Shown: piece by piece, positions 54,747 through 64,000 of the stretch | Position numbering within the stretch: the stretch's first letter is position 1 | Layout of the letters: each line of letters begins with the position of its first letter | DNA from: Carpediemonas membranifera BICM | Taxonomy: Eukaryota; Protista; Fornicata | Reading direction: 5' to 3' | Assembly (NCBI GenBank): GCA_019828565.1 | Contig: JAHDYR010000064.1 | Coordinates: forward strand, 310,001-374,000 | DNA: 64,000 bases | Position numbers and translations under genes: made by a program | Notes under the pieces: model-generated | Told to the model about the DNA's origin: nothing | The model's database searches: none | Seen by the model: the letters and a program-made list of their open reading frames with translations, nothing else

Positions 54747-57700
54747 ATGGCGCGACATCACAGCACTGCGATTTTCGCATTGTTCATCGCCATATTTGCG
54801 CTTGTAGCTTCTTCGTTCGAATACCAGGACCTACACAACCGCGTGAACTCCGCTGTCTTCCTCGACGACGACACGCTCATCACCGGAAGCAGTTATTCAC
54901 ACCGCGTTGAGCTCTTCCTACGCGATGAAGGTGTTTGGACACTGTACAACTACACCTACAATTCCCGTTCCAGTTTTGGATTTGCTGTAGCTGCGGACGA
55001 CAACTATATCGTCACAAGCGAGTACAACTACCGCACAGATGCCGGGATTTACGAAGGGAGGATCTATGTCTACGACCGTAGCGGCACCGTCTTCGGGGAC
55101 ACTTTCACCATCATCAATGCCCCCAACCTCACCGCCCAAGGCCTCGAGGTCAAATACCTCGGCAACGAGCTCGCTCTGGAGGACGGCGTGATCTGTGCGG
55201 GAGCTCCCAGTACAATGACTATCCCTGACCCAGATACAGGCGCGACCTATCAGCGTGCGTCTTACTTTGTATGGAAGCTGATCGACGGTGAGTAGACCCT
55301 CGCCTTCTCGAAGATACCCGATGGTTATGGCCACGGCCAAGGATACGAGCAGTCCATCGTCATCAAGAACGGGGTGATCTACTATCGCTGGTACATTGGC
55401 ACTCAGATCATCGGTTGACACTGACGGCAACGAGGTAGCCGTCATCGACCCGCCCACGAGCCAGTACTACTACCGCTTGGCTGTGACCGACAGATGGCTT
55501 GTGGTGGGCGACTACAACGCTGACGACGAAAGTTGGTCCAATGCCGGTAAGGCGTACGTTTATGACATAACCACACCCACCGAGCCGACGCTGACGTCCA
55601 CCATCTCGGCCGACTACTTATACGACAACTACTTTGGCTATTCCGTGTCAGCTTACGGCAACACCGTCGCAGTTGGTGCATATCGCTACTGGACGGACGA
55701 CTTTAACAGCGGCGGCGCCTTCGTATTCCAGTACAACGAAGAGACCAGCACGTTTGAACCAATGTACACCTTCACGGGTGACACTGCCAGCATGTACTAC
55801 GGCTCTGTCGTGGCTACCACCGACAACACCCTCTTCGTCGCCCCCAGCGCGTCCTACACCACCAACCGGCTCATCGACTACTCCACGTGCGGAGCTGGGT
55901 ACCAGGTCAACGCTACTGGCCACTGCGAGATGTGCCCCGCCGGGACGTACTCCGGTGAACTTGACCCCGACTGCGAGCCCTGCCCCATGGGCACTTACCA
56001 GCCGTACCCTGGGAAGACTGGCTGCTTCAGTCCAGACGACGGCTACTACGTCCCGCCCTACAGTCGCATTGCCCAGCTTGCCTGCCCTGACGACTACAGT
56101 TCGCACTTTGGCGGCTGGACGTGCGTGGATGAGGTCGCCCGCCTCACCCTGGATGTCGACGCAGGTCATGTCCAAGACTCCAATGTATATGGCGTTGCCA
56201 TCGACAATGACTACATCGCCACGGTCTCGTACTACGACTACAACGCCCTTGTCATGTACGGCGCGGACGGTTCTTACCTCAGCACCACCCGCCCCAGCGA
56301 CCCGTACGCATCCAGGTCCCGCCAGGTGGCAATGACGGACAGTCACATCCTCGTCACGTCTAACTACTACCAGTACAACTCCACCGATCAGAAGTCTTAC
56401 TACACTGGCACGACTACGGTCTTCACCCGCGCCGCAGAGCCCCAGGAGCTCGTCTCGCTCCAGTTCACCACCAGCCAGTTCAACATCTCGGGCGAGCTTG
56501 GCGTGTATCATCCGGCGTCACATTTCGCCGATGGAACGTCGACTTTTGTCATTGGTGATAAGTACGCTGACGATCTCGACATTGGAACGAACTGCGGCCT
56601 CGTTATTGTGCTCAAGATCAACAACCTGGGCATTTATTCACACACAGAGCACCGCGGCGCGGAGTCTTACGCCTACTACGGAGAAAGCGTCGAGATGGAC
56701 GACAACTACATCTACATCAGCGGCAAGGAAAGCGGAATCGAGCAGATCTTCGTCTATACCCACGATATGGAGCTCGTCACGACGTTTGGTCCACCGAAGA
56801 CGACGTCAGCCACCTCTCTCGTCAGCGGACTCAACTCTAACGGTACGCACATCGCCGTGGGGTCCTACGCCTATAGGAAGGCGTACATCTTCTCAACCGA
56901 CACGTTTGAGATCGTCTCGACTGTCTACCCCGAATATCTCAACCCCGACGCCCGAGTCGACGCAGTCATCTCCAGCTTTGGTCGTGAGGTGGCGCTTTGT
57001 GGCACCGAGTACCTTGTGGTGGCCGACCCTAATGGCTACGGCAAGGAGTTCTCCTCCTCAGGCTACCTCTACGTCTACCAGTGGATCGACGGCGATTGGG
57101 TGCTCAACTCGAAGACGGCAGGCACGGGTTCAAGCACGCAGGTGGGGTACTACTCCCTGGACTGCAACAACGACGTCATCGTCGCCGGCCAGAACAACGC
57201 CCCGTACGTCCACGGCGTGTACTACACCTCCGTCTCCACCATCAACAAGCCCCGCTGCCCCACGGGAACGAACGGTGACTACCCCGCGTGCACCCCGTGT
57301 CTCCCAGGTACGTACTCCCCTCTGGGCGGGTCTATTTGCCTCAATGCCTCAGCCGGTTTCTACACCACCGGCACCGGGGCCAAGATCCAGACTGAGTGCT
57401 CCAACGGCTACTACCAACCCGAACTCGGCCAGGGCTCGTGTATTCAGGCGTCTGCGGGCCACTACGTCGACCCGGCAGACCATTCGAAGCAGGTACAGTG
57501 CCTCTCGGGATACTACTCCGCAGCTGGTTCGAGTGCCTGCACCGCATCCAGCAGAGGGTACTATGTCCCGGACGCCGACCAGTCCCACCAAGTTCAGTGT
57601 TCTTTTGGCACGTACCAGCCCAAGATTGCCAAGACCTCGTGCCTTGACGTGGAAGCTGGGTACTTCGGTGCCAGAAACCGCCAGACCCAGGACCCGTGTA

Positions 57701-60700
57701 ACAGCGGCCAGTACCAGCCACAGGCCAAGCAGGAGAGCTGTGTCACCTGTGATGCCGGCTACTACGTCCCGTCGGACGGCCAGGGCCACACTGCCCAGAG
57801 CGAGTGCGGGGCTGGGACCTTTAGCCCCTTAGGAGGCATGTCATCGTGCACGCTTGCTGGAGCTGGCTACTTCGTCGCTAGCAACAGGTCTACTACTGAG
57901 GCGGCTTGCTCACCGGGCTCTTACCAGCCGCGGAAGGGCCAGAGCTCGTGCCTGACCGCAGACGCTGGATACTACGTCGCTGACGAGGCCGCCCAGTCCC
58001 AAGTGGCGTGCAACAACGGCAAGTATCAGCCCAGCACCAACCAGACGGCCTGCCTCACGGCAACCCCCGGCCACTACGTCCCCGACGACAGAGAAGGCCA
58101 CGCCGCCCAGGAGAGCTGCCTCGCCGGGACCTACCAGGCGAACCCCCAGCAGGCCAGCTGCAACGTGGCAGTCCTAGGCTACTACGTCGCGGCCAACGAG
58201 GCGACTGCCCAGGTCGAGTGCGAGACTGGCAAGTACCAGAACGAGACGGGTAAGACCAGCTGCTTCACCGCTGAGAGTGGTTACTACGTTCCCGACTTCA
58301 ACCACGCCGCCCAGCTCCCCTGTGACGCCGGCAACTACTCTGCGTCGGCCGGCCAGTCGACCTGCGCAACCGCCTCAGCCGGCCACTTTGTCCCCAACGA
58401 CGGCATGGGCCACGCTGCTCAGGAGTGTTGCTCCAAGGGCACCTACCAGCCGAACGCCGGCCAGAGCGGATGCAACGTGGCAGACCTTGGCTACTACGTC
58501 GCTGCCGAGGAGGCCACGACCCAGGTCGCCTGTGAGGCTGGAACTTTCGCCAACGAGACCGGATCAGACTCGTGCCACCCCGCGAGCGCTGGCCACTATG
58601 TACCCGAGAGCGCGGCCTCTGAGCAGATCCCCTGCGCGCCGGGCACGTACCAGGGGTCGACCCGGAAGACCCACTGCTACCCAGCGCCGAAGGGCAGCTA
58701 CGTGGCCAGGACCGGGGCGACCGCGTACGAGTGGTGCGCCCAGGGCATGTACCAGCCTGACGAGGGCCAGACCAGCTGCATCACCGCGACTGCCGGGTAC
58801 TACGTCGACGGCTTCCACACCAAGCAGACGCCGTGCGACAACGGCTCCTTCCAGCCCCTCGCGGGCCAGTCCTCCTGCAACACCACTGCGGCCGGGTACT
58901 ACACGCCGGCCGACGGCGAGCCCCACACGGCCCAGCTCGCCTGCAACAACGGCACGTACCAGCCGGACGAGGGCCAGGCCGAGTGTCTCACGGCAACCCC
59001 CGGCCACTACGTCCCCGACGACAGAGAAGGCCACGCCGCCCAGGAGAGCTGCCTCGCCGGGACCTACCAGGCGAACCCCCAGCAGGCCAGCTGCAACGTG
59101 GCAGTCCTAGGCTACTACGTCGCGGCCAACGAGGCGACTGCCCAGGTCGAGTGCGAGACTGGCAAGTACCAGAACGAGACGGGTAAGACCAGCTGCTTCA
59201 CCGCTGAGAGTGGTTACTACGTTCCCGACTTCAACCACGCCGCCCAGCTCCCCTGTGACGCCGGCAACTACTCTGCGTCGGCCGGCCAGTCGACCTGCGC
59301 AACCGCCTCAGCCGGCCACTTTGTCCCCAACGACGGCATGGGCCACGCTGCTCAGGAGAGTTGCTCCAAGGGCACCTACCAGCCGAACGCCGGCCAGAGC
59401 GGATGCAACGTGGCAGACCTTGGCTACTACGTCGCTGCCGAGGAGGCCACGACCCAGGTCGCCTGTGAGGCTGGAACTTTCGCCAACGAGACCGGATCAG
59501 ACTCGTGCCACCCCGCGAGCGCTGGCCACTATGTACCCGAGAGCGCGGCCTCTGAGCAGATCCCCTGCGCGCCGGGCACGTACCAGGGGTCGACCCGGAA
59601 GACCCACTGCTACCCAGCGCCGAAGGGCAGCTACGTGGCCAGGACCGGGGCGACCGCGTACGAGTGGTGCGCCCAGGGCATGTACCAGCCTGACGAGGGC
59701 CAGACCAGCTGCATCACCGCGACTGCCGGGTACTACGTCGACGGCTTCCACACCAAGCAGACGCCGTGCGACAACGGCTCCTTCCAGCCCCTCGCGGGCC
59801 AGTCCTCCCTGCAACACCACTGCGGCCGGGTACTACACGCCGGCCGACGGCGAGCCCCACACGGCCCAGCTCGCCTGCAACAACGGCACGTACCAGCCGG
59901 ACGAGGGCCAGGCCGAGTGTCTCACGGCAACCCCCGGCCACTACGTCCCCGACGACAGAGAAGGCCACGCCGCCCAGGAGAGCTGCCTCGCCGGGACCTA
60001 CCAGGCGAACCCCCAGCAGGCCAGCTGCAACGTGGCAGTCCTAGGCTACTACGTCGCGGCCAACGAGGCGACTGCCCAGGTCGAGTGCGAGACTGGCAAG
60101 TACCAGAACGAGACGGGTAAGACCAGCTGCTTCACCGCTGAGAGTGGTTACTACGTTCCCGACTTCAACCACGCCGCCCAGCTCCCCTGTGACGCCGGCA
60201 ACTACTCTGCGTCGGCCGGCCAGTCGACCTGCGCAACCGCCTCAGCCGGCCACTTTGTCCCCAACGACGGCATGGGCCACGCTGCTCAGGAGTGTTGCTC
60301 CAAGGGCACCTACCAGCCGAACGCCGGCCAGAGCGGATGCAACGTGGCAGACCTTGGCTACTACGTCGCTGCCGAGGAGGCCACGACCCAGGTCGCCTGT
60401 GAGGCTGGAACTTTCGCCAACGAGACCGGATCAGACTCGTGCCACCCCGCGAGCGCTGGCCACTATGTACCCGAGAGCGCGGCCTCTGAGCAGATCCCCT
60501 GCGCGCCGGGCACGTACCAGGGGTCGACCCGGAAGACCCACTGCTACCCAGCGCCGAAGGGCAGCTACGTGGCCAGGACCGGGGCGACCGCGTACGAGTG
60601 GTGCGCCCAGGGCATGTACCAGCCTGACGAGGGCCAGACCAGCTGCATCACCGCGACTGCCGGGTACTACGTCGACGGCTTCCACACCAAGCAGACGCCG

Positions 60701-62461
60701 TGCGACAACGGCTCCTTCCAGCCCCTCGCGGGCCAGTCCTCCTGCAACACCACTGCGGCCGGGTACTACACGCCGGCCGACGGCGAGCCCCACACGGCCC
60801 AGCTCGCCTGCAACAACGGCACGTACCAGCCGGACGAGGGCCAGGCCGAGTGTCTCACGGCAACCCCCGGCCACTACGTCCCCGACGACAGAGAAGGCCA
60901 CGCCGCCCAGGAGAGCTGCCTCTCCGGGACCTACCAGGCGAACCCCCAGCAGGCCAGCTGCAACGTGGCAGTCCTAGGCTACTACGTCGCGGCCAACGAG
61001 GCGACTGCCCAGGTCGAGTGCGAGACTGGCAAGTACCAGAACGAGACGGGTAAGACCAGCTGCTTCACCGCTGAGAGTGGTTACTACGTTCCCGACTTCA
61101 ACCACGCCGCCCAGCTCCCCTGTAACGCCGGCATGTACCAGCCCGGCATCGGCAGCAGCAAATGCTTCCAGACACGCCCCGGCTACTACACCCCCGCCGA
61201 CGAACAGGCCCACACTGGCATGGACGCCTGTGCCGATGGAAGCTACCAAGACCTGCAGGGCCAGGCCTGCTGCACGCCGTGCGGACTGGGGTCGTTCGCC
61301 AATACTACCGCCTCGACGACGTGCACCCTGGCTTCGCCCGGCTTCTTCTCCGATGACCGGCTGACCCAGCAGCCCTGCGCCACTGGCTTCTTCCAGCCCG
61401 AGCGGGGCCAGTCGTCCTGCCTCATGTCCGAGGCCGGCTTCCACTCGGCGGCCAACCACACCATCTAGGTCCCCTGCGATGCTGGTAAGTTCCAGAACAA
61501 GACTGGCCAGACCTCCTGCATCGCCTGCCCCGAGTTCTTCAGCACGCCCGCAGACGGCCAGCCCCACACCGAGTGTGTCAGATGGGTGCCCGAGGCCGTC
61601 ATCGTCGGCAAGAACGAGTCGATCTCCCTCGACACGGGCGACATGAACTCCACCGTCAGCGATGTCACGTTCGGCGACGACGGCGACGAGTGCCAGCTGG
61701 TCGAGCGTGAAGACGGGTCGACCATTGTGGTGCCCGTTGTCCGCAACTCGACCGTGCCCGCCGGGAACTACTCCACGACGATCAGACTGTCGGACGGCAC
61801 GACTGAGACTGTCAACGTCGAGATCGAGGAGGACTACACCATCCCAGAGGCCAGGACAGTGCTGCGTGGTAAGACCGTCAGCGCTGTCGTCAACAGCACG
61901 ATCTGTCCCGCCTCTATGGCTGTCAGCCGGCTCGGCCAGCTCAACCTCACGGCTGCCCTGTCTAACGGCAATGGTGTGCAGTGCGAGGCGTCGACCACGA
62001 TCACCGCGGACGACATCAGCTCGAACTACAACCCCCGCCTCGTCTTCCACGGCGGCATGGTCTGCCTCGAGATCGACGACGCCGAGTTCGGGTCGACCGA
62101 CGACCTTGTCTTCGTCATCAATGGTGAGGTGTACAGCACGCTGAGCCTCGTCGACGCCATGCCGTGCAGCAGCGTCCCCCTGACTGACCTCACCTCGGTC
62201 AACTCGTACGTGCTCCTCGACAGCGCCGTCGTCCTCTCGTCGCTCACAACACCCCCAACCCAACCCGCGGCCAGCTCCAACGTCGGCCTGTTCATCGCCG
62301 GCGGAGTGGCGAGCGCCGCCATTGTTGGCATCACGGTCCTCCTCGTAGCCTGCTGTGTCATCGGAGGCTGCATCGTCTGTGCCACGCCGCGTCTCGTGGT
62401 CTACCCGCTCGCCCGGTGGAGGGGCAAGCGATTCGTGTACGACCACGCTGAGCGGTACTAG
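54747..62461 (+). pseudogene. Giant Cys-rich surface protein (FG-GAP propellers + GCC2/GCC3 ephrin-receptor-like repeats + TM), disrupted reading frame
   Basis: ORFs 54747-55295, 55396-60120, 59210-61468 and 61586-62461 form one colinear protein: signal peptide, two propeller blocks, dozens of CxxGxYQP...GQxxC units, C-terminal TM; TAG at 55293 and 61466, +1 shifts near 55413 and 59808 (true pseudogene or assembly errors). Confidence 0.75.
58054..61123 (+). repeat. Near-identical tandem repeat, 933-bp unit, about 3.3 copies
   Basis: CTCACGGCAACCCCCGGCCACTAC recurs at 58054, 58987, 59921 and 60854. Confidence 0.97.
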
Positions 62462-62496
62462 TGATTGATAGATAAATGTACTCTAGAGCTGTGTGT

Positions 62497-63111
62497 TTAC
62501 TCCTCGGGCTCCTCTACGGTGCAGTTTCTGCGACTGTACGATATGAGCCACTCCCCGAGCCAAGCCACTGGGTCCGCGGGAGCAGCCTTCGTCATGGCGA
62601 CAAGGCCCTTGGTCAGCGCCTCCTGCATGTTCTCGGAGGCTGCGTACTCGGCCAGCTCGTCGGCAGTGGGGATCTTCTGCACGAACTCGGGGAAGAAGAA
62701 ACGCACCTCCCTTGCCGCCGACTCGGCCGAGTCCGACCCGTGGACGGCGTTACGGGTCTTATCTACGCCGTAAATGGCTCTGATTGAGTCGGGGTGGGTC
62801 ATCCGTGCACCCTCAGGGCTGGTGGGGCCCATGAGGCGGCGGTAGGCCTGGATGGCGTTGGGCCCGGTGATGAGAAGTGGCATGACAGGGCCCTCGGTCA
62901 TCATTGAGACAAGGTTGATGAAGAATGGCTTGTCAGCGTGCTCCTCGTAGAAGTGGCGTGCTCTATCGTCAGACAGCGTCAGTTCCTGCCTCGAAATGAC
63001 GTGCAGTCCGGATTTCTCGATAATATCGATGATATAAGACCACGCTCCGCTAGCTACAGCGTGCGGCTTGATCATACCCAATGTAAATTGCCATGCGTTG
63101 TCGTCCGACAT
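62497..63111 (-). CDS. NME5: Nucleoside diphosphate kinase with Dpy-30 motif (NME5/radial spoke RSP23-like)
   Basis: TLGMIKPHAV, FYEEHADKPFF, RNAVHGSDS with catalytic His, Dpy-30 LTKGLVAMTKAAPADPVAWLGEWL. Confidence 0.92.
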   Translation of the reverse strand: MSDDNAWQFTLGMIKPHAVASGAWSYIIDIIEKSGLHVISRQELTLSDDRARHFYEEHADKPFFINLVSMMTEGPVMPLLITGPNAIQAYRRLMGPTSPEGARMTHPDSIRAIYGVDKTRNAVHGSDSAESAAREVRFFFPEFVQKIPTADELAEYAASENMQEALTKGLVAMTKAAPADPVAWLGEWLISYSRRNCTVEEPEE

Positions 63112-63397
63112 GCTGGTTTGTCGTTTTCGTTCGTTTCTGCAAAATTGGAGAGTTTGGTCGACCTCATGACAGAACCGCATGTGGTGGGTGCTGTGGACCG
63201 CAAGCGTATGGTGCTTTGCGGCTGCTCGGTAAGATTTTTGTTTTTCTCTTCGTCAACCTTATCAGTTGTCCAACGAACGAATTAATTTAGCCAATGTCTG
63301 ACAGCCGCCATATGACGCTCCTAGGCGTGTAGATACCCGGGTCAACTCACTTTTCCCGAGTTTGATTCCCGAGTTGCATCGACTCGGCTGATCCTGA

Positions 63398-64000
63398 ATG
63401 GGCAAGCGCAAGGGCCGTGGTTCGAAGAAGGGTGGCGATAAGCGCTCCAACAACACTAGAGATGATAGTTGGGGCACCGCTCGCGACGATGCGAAGCTGA
63501 ACGACGCATTTGCTCAGTACTACAAGCGCATCGTTCCCGCCGAGGAGTGGGATACCTTCATCGAGACGCTCTTGCAGGAGCTTCCCATCACCTTCCGCTT
63601 TAACGGCCTCCTACAGGATGGTTCTCCCGCTACCGTTCTTCGCGAGGACTTCATCAAAACCCACTGCGCTGGCTCCATCGAGAAGCCCGAGACTGTCACC
63701 GCAGAGGTCGACAACAACCGCGGCGAGGGCATTCTGAAGTTCGACGTTACCGGACCCCATCAGATGAAGTGGTACCCCGCCGCCTTCAAGATGACGATCC
63801 CCAAGCTCGTTCTCCGCAAGAACGCCGACTACCGCGCTCTCCACGAGTATCTGAAGATCCAGCACGTCCAGGGCAACATCACCCGCCAGGAGGCTGTTTC
63901 TATGGTTCCCCCGCTCTTCCTCGACGTCCAGCCTGGCCACCGCGTCATCGACATGTGCGCCGCCCCCGGGTCCAAGTCCGCCCAGCTCGTGGACATGGCG
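63398..64000 (+). CDS. NSUN2: tRNA m5C methyltransferase NSUN2/Trm4, 3'-truncated by window
   Basis: Not in ORF track; MGKRKGRGSKK...YYK...EW..F...L...LPITFR...GNITRQEAVSMVPPLFLDVQPGHRVIDMCAAPGSKSAQL. Confidence 0.95.
   Translation, partial: MGKRKGRGSKKGGDKRSNNTRDDSWGTARDDAKLNDAFAQYYKRIVPAEEWDTFIETLLQELPITFRFNGLLQDGSPATVLREDFIKTHCAGSIEKPETVTAEVDNNRGEGILKFDVTGPHQMKWYPAAFKMTIPKLVLRKNADYRALHEYLKIQHVQGNITRQEAVSMVPPLFLDVQPGHRVIDMCAAPGSKSAQLVDMA

Noticed and set aside
55288-55406. Intron removing the first TAG of the surface gene (GTGAGT donor)
   Set aside because: The GTGAGT donor gives the wrong phase with the nearby AG, there is no YTNAYNCAG acceptor, and the segment reads as coding
58054-61123. 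CRISPR array or transposon
   Set aside because: Repeats are in-frame coding units without spacers, terminal repeats or transposase
55293-61468. TAG reassignment to Gln (hexamitid-type genetic code)
   Set aside because: Conserved genes here end in TAA or TAG, long ORFs have no internal TAR codons, and one of the two TAGs sits at a probable Trp position

Overview
Gene-dense eukaryotic (flagellated protist) genomic DNA, not prokaryotic. It has about 27 protein-coding genes with short intergenic spacers, uses the standard genetic code (TAA, TAG and TGA all end genes) and has rare, very short (28-35 nt) GT-AG introns whose branch point sits next to the 3' splice site. These traits, plus bacterial-type anaerobic metabolism genes, suggest a free-living metamonad/fornicate such as Carpediemonas (inference). 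Recognisable genes: bacterial-like histidine kinase (partial), histone H2A, Fe-alcohol dehydrogenase, C2-domain protein, two TmcB-like multi-pass receptors, a stand-alone Yvh1/DUSP12 zinc domain, Vps39-like, katanin p60, PA28, WASHC4, beta-tubulin, BCAS3-like, PP2A B55, MON2-like, TreS-like GH13, a GARP/Myb factor, a giant Cys-rich surface protein with 933-bp tandem repeats and frame disruptions, NME5/RSP23 and NSUN2 (partial). The main finding is a DNA polymerase epsilon catalytic subunit fused in one reading frame to a complete Dpb2/POLE2 B-subunit. Single-base homopolymer insertions, such as one in beta-tubulin, suggest residual assembly errors, so frame-dependent claims need read or RNA confirmation.
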